Positions 20,528 through 32,305 of a stretch of 64,000 bases of DNA are shown here, in pieces. The DNA lies in the NCBI RefSeq assembly GCF_963921235.1, contig NC_086109.1, positions 1,552,001-1,616,000 of the forward strand, read 5' to 3'. The position numbers were made by a program, and so were the translations under genes. The notes under the pieces were generated by a model. It made no database searches. It saw only the letters and a program-made list of their open reading frames with translations, and had not been told where the DNA came from. This DNA comes from Mobula hypostoma (Eukaryota). Position 1 is the stretch's first letter; each line of letters opens with the position of its first letter.

Positions 20528-21637
20528 CTTATTCAGAAAGTTAGAAGGCATGGGATCCAGGGAAGTTTGGCCAGGTGGATTCAGAATTGGCTTGCCTGCA
20601 GAAGGCAGAGGGTGGTGGTGGTGGGAGTATATTCAGATTGGAGGATTGTGACTAGTGGTGTCCCACAAGGATCGGTTCTGCGACCTCTACCTTTCATGAT
20701 TTTTATTAACGACCTGGATGTGGGGGTAGAAGGGTGGGTTGGCAAGATTGCAGACGACGCAAAGGTTAGTGGTGTTGTAGATAGTGTAGAGGATTGTCAA
20801 AGATTGCAGAGAGACATTGATTGGATGCAGAAGTGGGCTGAGAAGTGGCAGATGGAGTTCAACCCGGAGAAGTGTGAAGTGTTACACTTTGGAAAGACAA
20901 ACTCCAAGGCAGAATACAAAGTAAATGGCAGGATAGTTGGTAGTGTGGAGGAGCAGAGGGATCTCGGGGTACATGTCCACAGATCCCTGAAAGTTGCTTC
21001 ACAGGTGGATAGGGTAGTTAAGAAAGCTTATGGGGTGTTAGCTTTCATAAGTCGAGGGATAGAGTTTAAGAGTCGCGAGGTAATGATGCAGCTCTATAAA
21101 ACTCTGGTTAGGCCACACTTGGAGTACTGGGTTCAGTTCTGGTCACCTCACTATAGGAAGGATGTGGAAGCATTGGAAAGGGTACAGAGGAGATTTACCA
21201 GGATGCTGCCTGGTTTGGAATGTATGCATTATGATCAGAGATTAAGGGAGCTAGGGCTTTACTCTTTGAAGAGAAGGAGGATGAGAGGAGACATGATAGA
21301 GGTGTACAAGATAATAAGAGGAATAGATAGAGTGGATAGCTAGCGCCTCTTCCCCAGGGCACCACTGCTGAATACAAGAGGACATAGCTTTAAGGTAAGG
21401 GGTGGGAAGTTCAAGGGGGATATTAGAGGAAGGTTTTTTACTCAGAGAGTGGTTGGTGCGTGGAATGCACTGCCTGAGTCAGTGGTGGAGGCAGATACAC
21501 TAGTGAAGTTTAAGAGACTACTAGACAGGTATATGGAGGAATTTAAGGTGGGGGCTTATATGGGAGGCAGGGTTTGAGAGTCGGGCCGAAGGGCCTGTAC
21601 TGTGCTGTTGTGGGCCGAAGGGCCTGTACTGTGCTGT

Positions 21638-24600
21638 TGCCTTGCCTTGGCCTTGCCTTGCCTTGGCGGTTGCCTTTCCTCTTGTAGATGTGGACTATGC
21701 TGGCATCTTTCAGCCGTTGCGGGACCTGTCCCTTTTTCCACATGGACTGGAAGAGTACAGTCAGCTTTTGCATCATGACAGGGCCTCCGAGGCATCTCCC
21801 TCTTGTCCATTGCGGGGAAGATTCTGGCCCGCGTCCTGCTCAACCGCCTTCTCCAACATCTTGAGCAAGGTCTGCTCCCAAAAAGCCAGTGCGGCTTCCG
21901 TGCTGAACGTGGGACCGCGGACATGATTTTTGCTGCGCTCCAACTCCAGGAAAAATGCCAGGAGCAACACAGCAACCTCTTCGTGACCTTTGTCGATCTA
22001 ACCAAGGCTTTCGATACGGTCAGCAGAGAAGGCATGTGGATGATCGTGGAGAAGTTTGGCTGCCCCAGCAAGTTCATTACAATCGTCCGGCAGTTCCACG
22101 ACGGTATGATGGTGAAAGTTCTGGATGACGGCGACGAGTCGGAGGCCTTCCCAGTGACCGGTTAGCCTAACGTCGGTGGTGGGGAAACTGCTGGAGTCAG
22201 TTATCAAAGATGTGATAACAGCACATTTGGAAAGCGGTGAAGTCATCGGACAAAGTCAGCATCGATTTGTGAAAAGAAAATCATGTCTGACGAATCTCAT
22301 AGAATTTTTTGAGGATGTAACTAGTAGAGTGGATAGGGGAGAACCAGTGGATGTGGTATATTTGGATTTTCAAAAGGCTTTTGACAAGGTCCCACACAGG
22401 AGATTAGTGTGCAAACTTAAAGCACACTGTATTGGGGGTAAGGTATTGATGTGGATAGAGAATTGGTTAGCAGACAGGAAGCAAAGAGTGGGAATAAACG
22501 GGACCTTTTCAGAATGGCAGGCAGTGACTAGTGGGGTACCGCAAGGCTCAGTACTGGGACCCCAGTTGTTTACAATATATATTAATGACTTGGATGAGGG
22601 AATTAAATGCAGCATCTCCAAGTTTGCGGATGACACGAAGCTGGGCGGCAGTGTTAGCTGTGAGGAGGATGCTAAGAGGATGCAGGGTGACTTGGATAGG
22701 TTGGGTGAGTGGGCAAATTCATGGCAGATGCAATTTAATGTGGATAAATGTGAAGATATCCACTTTGGTGGCTAAAATAGGAAAACAGATTATTATCTGA
22801 ATGGTGGCCGATTAGGAAAAGGGGAGGTGCAACGAGATCTGGGTGTCATTATACACCAGTCATTGAAAGTGGGCATATAGGTACAGCAGGTGGTGAAAAA
22901 GGCGAATGGTATGCTGGCATTTATGGCGAGAGGATTCGAGTACAGGAGCAGGGAGGTACTACTGCAGTTGTACAAGGCCTTGGTGAGACCACACCTGGAG
23001 TATTGTGTGCAGTTTTGGTCCCCTAATCTGAGGAAAGACATCCTTGCCATAGAGTGAGTACAAAGAAGGTTCACCAGATTGATTCCTGGGATGGCAGGAC
23101 TTTCATATGAAGAAAGAGTGGATGAACTAGGCTTGTACTCGTTGGAATTTAGAAGTTTGAGGGGGGATCTGATTGAAACGTATAAAATCCTAAAGGGATT
23201 GGACAGGCTAGATGCAGGAAGATTGTTCCCGATGTTGGGGAAGTCCAGAACAAGGGGTCACAGTTGAGGATAAAGGGGAAGCCATTTAGGACCGAGATTA
23301 TGAAAAACTCCTTCACACAGAGAGTGGTGAATCGGTGGAATTCTCTGCCACAGGAAACAGTTGAGGCCAGTTCATTGGCTATATTTAAGAGGGAGTTAGA
23401 TATGGCCCTTGTGGCTACGGGGATCAGGGGGTATGGAGGGAAGGCTGGGGCAGGGTTCTGAGTTGGATGATCAGCCATGATCATAATAAATGGCGGTGCA
23501 GGCTCGAATGGCCGAATGGCCTACTCCTGCACCTATTTTCTATGTTTCTATGTTTCTATGTTTCTAAATGGCGTCAAACAAGGCTGCGTTCTTGCCCCGA
23601 CTCTGTTCAGTATGGTATTCTCTGCCATGCTGACAGATGCCTTCCGTAACTACGAAGAAGGAATCCACGTCAGGTACAGGACTGACGGCAGGTTGTTCAA
23701 CCTTAGGCGCCTGCAGGCAGTTACAAAGGTGCAAGAGACTGTCATCAGAGACTTGTTGTTTGCTGATGACTGCGCACTCAACGCCAGCACAGAGCAGGAG
23801 ATGCAGCGTGAAATGGACTGCTTCTTACAAGCCTGCGACAACTTCGGTTTCACTATCAGCACCAAAAAGACCTAAGTTATGTACCAGCCTGCCCCGGGAA
23901 AGCCATACCAAGAGCCGTGCATCACGGTGAAGGGCCAGAACCTCCAGGCAGTCGACAACTTCACCTACCTGGGCAGCATACTCTCTCGCCAGTGAACATA
24001 GACGCTGAGGTCAACAACAGGATTGCCAAAGCCAGCGCCGCCTTTGGGAGACTCCGTGAGAACGTCTGGGAGCGGAGAGGACTCAGCCTTACCACCAAGC
24101 TGAAGGTCTACTGTGCAGTGGTCCTTACCACCCTCCTTTACGCCAGTGAGACCTGGACTGTCTACAGCAGACACGCCAAACAGCTCAACCACTTTCACCT
24201 GAGCTGTCTCTGCAGACTCCTCCACATCAGGTGGCAGGACAAAGTCCCCGACACGGAAATCCTGGAACGAGCTGGGCTCTGCAGCGTCTACCCCCTCCTG
24301 CTGAAAGCCCAAGCCAGGTGGGCTGGACATGTGGTCAGAATGCCAGACAGCCGATTACCTGAGCAGTTGCTGTACGGAGAACTGTGTCAGGGCAAGCACT
24401 CAGTCGGGGGGCAGAAGAAACATTATAAAGACTGCCTCAAAGCGTCCCTCAAAGGCCTGGGTGTCGACATCAACACGTGGGAGACGCTTGCCCTCGACCG
24501 TCCAGCTTGGCGCAGCAAGATCACCACAGGAGCCCGTGCAGCTGAAGTCAGGCGCATCATCGAGGCGCAACGAAAGCGCAAGGCCCGAGCAGCACCCACT

Positions 24601-24763
24601 ACCACGATAGCACCCACCCTCTTGTGTCCCACATGTGGGCGAGCCTTCAGGGCCCGGACTGGCCTCATCAGTCACCTCCGGACCCACAGCCTCCAATCTC
24701 CCATTTGACTTTGAAGCCATGGTCATCTTCGACTACGAAGGACGAACAACAACAACAACAACA
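21638..24763 (+). mobile_element. RTE (BovB-like) LINE, 5'-truncated, with a 5' inversion
   Basis: RGISLLSIAGKILAR, FVDLTKAFD, GVKQGCVLAP, LFADD, C-terminal CPTCGRAF...HLRTH finger, (AAC)n tail, TSD actgtgctgt at 21628-21637 and 24764-24773. Confidence 0.9.
22159..23566 (+). mobile_element. CR1 family 'B', 5'-truncated copy inserted in the RTE RT
   Basis: YLDFQKAFDKV, FADD, (tttctatg)n tail; interrupts RTE EAFPVT|NGVKQG. Confidence 0.92.
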
Positions 24764-24791
24764 ACTGTGCTGTACTATTCTATGTTCTATG

Positions 24792-27700
24792 TACAGGCAC
24801 GCCGGATGGGAGTGATTGTAAGGAACACAACGGAGAGAGAGATCACCTTTAAGCGCGGGATTCCCCTTGCGCACTTGTTGCCGGTGATGGTGATGTCTAG
24901 CGCTTCCGTGAGGCCCACCGGAGGAAAACTATTGGAGAACGGGAGGCGGGGGCGGAACTGACCAAGGAGGCCTTTAATTTTGAGGACTCCCCTGTACCGC
25001 CGGAGTATAAGAGCAGGCTGGTGGAGAAGATGCTGAAGCTAGGGGATGTCTTTTCTCAGGGCGAGTTTAATGTGAGATGTTCCAAGAACACTCGTCACAC
25101 TACCCGGGTGACAAATGACACCCCGTTTAGAGAAAGGTCGCGGTGGCTGGCCCCGGCTGATGTGGAAGATGTGCGGCAATATTTGCGCCAGTTGAAGGAT
25201 GCGGGGATTATCACGGAGTCCCGGAGCCCCTATGCATCCCCCATAGTAGTGGCTAGGAAGAAAAATGGGAAGGTACGCATGTGCGTGGACTATTGGACCC
25301 TGAACCGGCGCACTGTCCCTGACTACTATACGGTCCTCAGGGTTGAAGACGCGTAGGCCTGTTTGAGTAGTGCCCAGTGGTTTAGGTGTATTGGATTTGC
25401 GGAGTGGGTATTACCAGATTCCGTTGAGTGAGGTCGATAAAGAGAAGACGGCCTTCGTCTGTCCCCTGTGATTCTTTCAGTTCGAACAAATGCCCCAAGG
25501 CATATCGGGGGCCCCAGCCACCTTCCAGATGGTCATGGAGAGGACAGTGGGGATATGAACCTGCTCAAAGTGTTGGTGTATCTGGATGACCTGGTAGTGA
25601 TTGGATCTACTTTGGAGGAACATGAGGAGCGGCTGCTGAAGGTGTTAAGTCGGCTGAAGGAGGAAGGGTTGAAACTTTCCCTGGATAAATGCCAGTTCTG
25701 CAAGATGTCTGTCGGCTATGTCGGACACACGATCTCGCGAGAGGGAGTGGCTACAGATCCGGCTAAGATAGACGCAGTGACCACCTGGCCAAGACCCCAG
25801 ACTGTGAGCGCCCTGAACTCGTTTTTGGGGTTCTGTGGGTATTATCGGCGATTCGTGAAAGGATACACTAAAATGAGTCACCCATTGAACCAGCCTTTGT
25901 GCGGCTATCCCCTCGTGGGGAAGAAAAGGAAGGGAGACCAAGGGCAGGAGGCAGAAGGATATCTGAACTCGTCGGAGTCCTTTGGACCAAAAGGAGGCGT
26001 TCCAATTTCTGAAAAGGTCGCTGACACTGGCCCTGGTGTTGGCTTTTGCCGAACCCCGGAAGCCGTATGTGCTACACACTGATGCCAGCCGAGAGGGGCT
26101 GGAGGCTGTCCTGTACCAGGAACAGGGCAACGGATTGAGGCCGGTGGCGTTTGCCAACCGAAGTTTGTTGCCTTCTGAGAGAAACTATCCCACTCACAAG
26201 TTGGAGTTTCTGGCGCTGAAATGGGCGGTGGTGGACAAGTTGAGTGACTATGTATACGGGGCCCAGTTTGAGGTGAGAACGGACAACAATCTTCACACTT
26301 ATATTCTGACCTCGGCAAAACTGGATGCTACTGGGCATCGGTGATTGGCGGCCTTGTCTGCCTATGAGTTCGGCCTGAAGTACCGGCCGGGGAGCCGGAA
26401 CACGGATGCAGATGCTCTATCTCGTCGGGCGCATGAGGGATCGGACACAGACGAGGAGTGGGAGAGCGTCCCTGCCCCGGGAGTGAAGGCCATGTGTGAA
26501 CTTGCGAGCGACGCTGAAGCAGGAGCCCCGATGGGGCCGGATCGGGCAGTGGATCAATTGGGGGCTGATGATGATGCGCTACCCACTGTTTACTGTAATT
26601 TGACTGCTCTGAAGAACAGGCAGCTGCCGGATTTGAGCCCCGAGGAAGTGGGGGCGGCTCAGCGAGATGACCCGGGCATTGGCAGTATCTGGTACGCGGC
26701 TAAAAGGGGGGATATGGCTCAGGCGGAGAAGACGAAATACGCCTCAGTGCCCTTACTACAGAAGGAGTGGCCTCGGTTGAAGCTGAAGAACCAAATCTTC
26801 TACCGGGTCACGTCTCCCCCGGACCACCCCTGGCGCTGGCAGCTGGTCATGCCTGAGAGGCATCGGAAGACCGTGCTCCAGGCAATACATGATGATTCTG
26901 GGCACTTGGGGGTAGAAAAGACCTGTGGATTACTCGAGGACCGGTTTTACTGGCCCCGGATGAGGGGGGAGGTTGAAGAATACTGTAAGACATGCAGTCG
27001 CTGCATCAGGAGGAAGACCCTGCCTGCGCAGGCGGCTCCTTTGTCCCATTTGCAGAGTGCGGGACCCCTGGACCTGGTATGTATGGATTTCCTGTCTATT
27101 GAGCCAGACACCAGCAACACCGCGAATGTCTTGGTCATCACGGATCACTACACTAGATATGCGCAGGTCTTTCCCACGAAGGACCAGAAAACGACTACAG
27201 TGGCGAAGGTGTTATGGGAGAAGTACTTTGTTCATTATGGCCTCCCCAGACGGATACACAGTGATCAGAGACGGGACTTCGAGAGCCGGATTATCCATGA
27301 ATTATTGGATATGCTTGAGGTTGAGAAATCCAGGACCACGCCCTATCTATCACCCGCAGGGTGATCCTCAGCCCGAGAGGTTTAACCGAGCTCTGTTGGA
27401 CATGCTCCGGACTCTGGAGATCAGTCAGAAGAGTAAGTGGAGTCAGCAGATCGGCCATTTGGTTCACTGTTACAATTGTACTCACAATGATGCTACGGGG
27501 TACTCGCCTTATTATCTGATGTTCGGGCGGGAAGCGAGGTTGCCCATTGATCTTTGTTTTGGGACCGAAGCTGGTGAATTACCTTCAAAGCCCTACGTGA
27601 AGTATGTATCCGATATGAGGAGGGAGTTGAAAAGGGCGAACCAGTTGGCTGAGGCGGCGGCCACCAAGCAGAATTAAGGGAATAAGAGGAGGTATGATCA

Positions 27701-27932
27701 GAAAGTGAAGTTCGCCCAACTTCTGCCGGGAGACCGGCTCCTCATACGGAATTTCGGACTACCTGGTAAGGACAAGTTGGCGGATCGCTGGGCGGCCACC
27801 CCCTATGTGGTAGAGAGCCAGATGCTGAACCTCCCTGTTTACCGGGTGAGACCAGAGGATGGGAAGGGGCCTGTCAAGGTACTCCATCGGAACCACCTAT
27901 TGCCCCTGGGTCAGGAGGTGCAGGCAGACTAA
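24792..27932 (+). pseudogene. Gypsy pol remainder: RT, RNase H, integrase (stops and frameshifts)
   Basis: SPYASPIVV, RMCVDY, VYLDD, LHTDAS, HDDSGHLG...CSRC zinc-binding domain, [21 protein letters not shown]. Confidence 0.92.
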
Positions 27933-28485
27933 GAGCCCGAATTGGAGTTTACGCCTAGTACAAGGACTCTGTGGAGGCGCGGGGTAAGGGAAGAGCCCAT
28001 CGCGAAAGAGCCAGGGCCGGGCCTAGACCCGGAAAGGGATGCTGATTTGGAAGACAATGATTCAGATGTTCGGTACCTGCTTCCGTTTGTTAATTCCTCG
28101 GTACCGGAAGAAGAAGCCCCTGAACCTTCCTCCACTGTGTTAGGTGAGGGGGGGGGTGTTGGGGGGAAGCCTGGGATACAGCCGGCCTTGGAGGGAGAGA
28201 GGATGGAACCAGAACACGAGACAGAGGGCACCAAGTTGATGAGGGGTTCCAGTGAGCGAGCGGGTGAGGGTTCGACGGGTACACCCGGGGAGTCTCCAGT
28301 GGTGTCTGAGCCGGAAGGGTCGCCAGAGGAGGTACAGAGGTCTCAGAGAAATAGGAACCGCCCCCCCCCGGAGAGGTTGACCTATGTAGCGCCGGGCGAA
28401 CGGGGTGTGATCTCCACCGCCCTGGGAAGTTACGTCACTGCTTTTTCCTCTAGATAAACACGGGCCGATAGACCTGAGCATTACA

Positions 28486-28890
28486 CTAAAGAGGGTTCTA
28501 AAATCAGCTAGCTCCATCATGGGCACTCATCTCCCCAGCATCAACAACATCTTCCAAAGGCGATGCCTCAAAAGGGCAGCATCGGTCATTAAGGATGCCC
28601 CTCCGCCAGGACATGCCCTCTTCTCATTGCTACCATCAGGGAGGAGGTACAGGAGCCTGAAGACACACACTCAACATTTCAAGAACAGCTTCTTCCCCAC
28701 TGCCTTCAGATTTCTAAAAGGACAATGAACCCATGAGCGCTTGCTCACTTTTTTTTTGCGCTACTTATTTATTTTTATACATCTGCAGTATATTTCTTAT
28801 GACAATCTATAGTATATTTTGTGTATTGCACTCCTCTACCGGCACAAAACAAGTTTCATGACAAATGTCAGTGATAATGATTCTGATCTG
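28486..28890 (+). mobile_element. Rex1/Babar-like LINE, right part
   Basis: GHALFSLLPSGRRYRSLKTHTQHFKNSFFP, 3'UTR and (ttctga)-like tail. Confidence 0.8.
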
Positions 28891-29318
28891 ACTCTAATTC
28901 AAACCTCGTAATAAAATGCAACAAACCACTAGTCCTCCTAAACACTTACTGTGGCTCTACCTTGGCCTGCCACCTGTGTCCCTTTGAACATAAACACTCT
29001 TCAGTCTCTCAGCATTTAACAGTCTGTTTTCCTGTCTTCCTGACTCAACGCTATTCCTCGTTACATTCATTCTACCTTATTCCTCCCCATTCATCCAGCC
29101 TGCGTTATCGGAGCTCCCTTTATGGATGATGAACACCAACGTGCTGGCACATGGCAGAGAGCGACCTTGCCAAGCAGCCAGCAGCCAGCATTCCACACCA
29201 TGAGCCTCCAGAAGACCCTCCTCACAACCACACCCTACCAACAGAATAGGGAGAAAAGGAGAGTGAGGTCCTGAAAACGGAATGCAGGGAGTTAGGAAGG
29301 AAGCCTCACTAGAGGAAG

Positions 29319-29791
29319 GATGTGGAAGCATTGGAAAGGGTACAGAGGAGATTTACCAGGATGCTGCCTGGTTTAGAAAGTATGCATTATGATCAGAGAT
29401 TAAGGGAGCTAGGGCTTTACTCTTTGGAGAGAAGGAGGATGAGAGGAGACATGATAGAGGTATACAAGATATTAAGAGGATTAGATAGAGTGGATAGCCA
29501 GCGCCTCTTCCCCAGGGCACCACTGCTCAATACAAGAGGACATGGCTTTAAGGTAAGGGGTGGGAAGTTCAAGGGGGATATTAGAGGAAGGTTTTTTACT
29601 CAGAGAGTGGTTGGTGCGTGGAATGCACTGCCTGAGTCAGTGGTGGAGGCAGATACACTAGTGAAATTTAAGAGACTACTAGACAGGTATATGGAGGAAG
29701 TTAAGGTGGGGGCTTATATGGAAGGCAGGGTTTGAGAGTCGGCACAACATTGTGGGCCGAAGGGCCTGTACTATTCTATGTTCTATGTTCT
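29319..29791 (+). mobile_element. CR1 family 'A' 3' fragment
   Basis: Nearly identical to about 21158-21600 and 40578-41066. Confidence 0.9.
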
Positions 29792-30470
29792 AAGCTGAGA
29801 AGCAGGACCTCAAGAGTAGTAACCTCGGGATTTATGTCTGTGCCATGTGAGAGCGATGATAGGAATAGAATGAGATGGCAGATAGATGTGTGGCTGAAGG
29901 ATTAGAGCGGGGGCAGGGATTCAGGTTTCTGGATGATTGGGACCTCTTTGGGGCAGGCGTGACTTGTACAAAAGGGATGGGTTGCACTTGAATCCGAGGG
30001 GGACTGTGGGCAGGTTTATTAGAGCTGTTGGGAGTGGTTTAAACTAATATGGCAGGGGGATGGGAACCCGAATGATAGAGCTGAGGATCAGCTAGCAGGT
30101 TTACAAGTAGATGATAGATGTAATATGTAAGGAAGGACAAGCCAATGATCAGGTACAAATGCCGACAGAGCAAAGAGTTAAATTGTACCACAAAGGCAAA
30201 ATTCAAATGGGTGAAGAATGCAGGCCCAAAGGTGCTGTATTTAAATGTGCATAGCTTTCAGAATAAGGTGGATGAACTCATGGCGCAGCTAGAGATTGGT
30301 TGGTATGACGTTGTGGGTATCACTGAGTCATGGATGAAAGAAGGCCTTTGTTGGCAGCTGCACATCGAAGGATATACTTTGTATCAAAAGGACAGGCAGG
30401 AAGAAAGAGAGTTACATCTTTAGAAAGAGGTGACATAGAGTCAGAGAATATGAAATCTTTGTGGGTGGAG
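29792..30470 (+). mobile_element. Older CR1 (end of ORF1 esterase and start of APE endonuclease); continues at 38102
   Basis: DGLHLN-like esterase motif, KVLYLNVHS...VVGITESW; ...SLWVE|LRNCKG is split by the hAT element. Confidence 0.8.
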
Positions 30471-31251
30471 CAGGGACAGTGCTAAGGTGGTGTTAGCTGG
30501 TGCTATAGCACCAGCAGAAATTACAATAGCACCACCAACAAATTAACTGAAATTTGTCCACTCTACACTTCTGCTTATCCGTTCATTGTTAATGTCTTGC
30601 TGTTGCTGTCCTCAGGTCAGTTAAGCTGATCTAAGATGTCATTCACTCTCACTCACTCGAGAGATTTATAGTATACATCCAGGCGCAGATCCATGGTCTC
30701 GCGAGACTAACAGATGCCCCACACACACACACAGAAACACACACACACACACAAACACATTGTGCTTTTACAAGCTAGGATGGACCTGGCACATGCATTA
30801 TTTTGGCCGGCATGAAAACTGGATCGAGTTTTAGTGAGAAAACGACCTCATCCAGAGGAATCAGTGGTGTCTCAGCCTGAACCTGTCTTAATTGAAAGTG
30901 ACATGCAGAAAGAAGTAAGTGGGGATGAGGACGACAGTTCATCAAAGGAGTGTGAGGGCAAAGTAGAGGAACAAGAAATGGAATGGGATTTGGAAGAGAA
31001 CGTGGATAAAGCTGCTCTTAGTGCTAGTGGGAATACTGTTAGCGATGTTACCCAGCAGCCTGAGGAAGGACCCCGTCAGCCAGCATTGAAAAAGTACCCT
31101 TCGCTGCTTGCAACAGTTTGGCAATCAGCAAAGGAGTTTTATTCGTGGCTGGTTTGACTGGCTGGAATATTCGATCACAAAAGATACTGCATTCTGCTTC
31201 GCATGCAGGCATTTCCTGTGTGGAGGACATGGTTTCCAATCTGAGTCTACT

Positions 31252-31916
31252 GGGAGGGAGAAGAAGATGGCGGCGCGACGACAGCATGAGCGGCCTCTCC
31301 AGTGAATGATATCTGTAATCTGTCAAGTAGGGGATCGTGCACAATTCTGATTTGATGGAGACGGACGTGAGAGCACAGTGGAACATCTGGAAAACTTCTG
31401 AAATGACTGCTTTGCTGTTGCTGCTATTGTGTGGTAACCGAAATCTCCAGAGCTGAAGGCCCCAAAATCCTTGTCTTTGCGTGTTTCAGCAGCCGGGGAG
31501 AGGTCGATGTCACTTGGGAGGCTGTATCAGAAGCTCGGAGTTTTCAGACGGATGGACTCAAGGTCAGCTGGGGTCAGCTGCTTCCAAGGTATTGGCAAGT
31601 TGATGGTGCCTGGAGGTTTATGGCAGGGAGTTTCTTCCTTTTGCCGCCTGCTGTCGGGAACTCGGGAGTCAATCGACTCGGGGACTTTGAAACTTTTTTT
31701 TTACTGTGCCTGTGGTCTGTTCTTTATCAAATTATGGTATTGCTTTGCACTGCTGTAACTATATGTTATAATTATGTGGTTCTGTCAGTGTTAGTCTTTG
31801 GTCTGTCTTGTTTTCTGTGATATCACCAGAGAAACATTGTATCATTTCTTAATACATGTATGCATTTCTAAATGACAATAAAAGAGGACTGAGTGTTCTC
31901 ATAATCTAATCTAATC
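31252..31916 (+). mobile_element. Non-coding, non-autonomous retroelement inserted in the transposase
   Basis: Interrupts ...FQSEST|FTVTGY; starts gagaagaagatggcggcgcg, ends aataaaa...(taatc)n. Confidence 0.65.
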
Positions 31917-32305
31917 AAACCTTCACTGTCACCGGTTACCGCAACAGGCGGAAAACTACAACAGTTTTCATAACCCACCATGTAAGTGCAGCTCATAAGT
32001 TTGCGATGGAAGCATGGGCCGAATTCAGATTGAGAAAACAAGATGGTTCAACATTAGGAAATATGCTTGACAAAGGTCATGCAAAGATTGTCCAAGAAAA
32101 TCGTGAGTATGAGAGCAGTGGTTGAGTCTCTACACTATACTGCGTGCCAAGGCATTGCCCAGCGAGGACACTGGGAGAATGATAGATCTGGCAATAGGGG
32201 AAACTTTTGTTCAGTTGCTCAGTGTGATTGGGAAGTTTGATAAGACTGCAGCTAGAAAAAAATAGAGGACAATCCTGGAAATGCAAAAAACACCAATCAC
32301 GATAC

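Larger units (their letters stand above)
20528..24791 (+). mobile_element. CR1 family 'A', 5'-truncated copy whose 3' tail is split by an RTE insertion
   Basis: RT C-terminal half 20528-21343 (SGVPQGSVL, IADD); tail ctattctatgttctatgt resumes at 24764-24791. Confidence 0.9.
17188..28485 (+). mobile_element. Ty3/Gypsy LTR retrotransposon with PNMA-like Gag; decayed, contains nested insertions
   Basis: Termini TGTAAT...ATTACA, 4-bp TSD CTAA (17184-17187 and 28486-28489), gag-PR-RT-RH-IN order. Confidence 0.93.

Noticed and set aside
27942..28457. Possible env or extra ORF after the integrase
   Set aside because: Acidic low-complexity tail typical of the Gypsy pol C-terminus; no signal peptide, furin site or TM segment.
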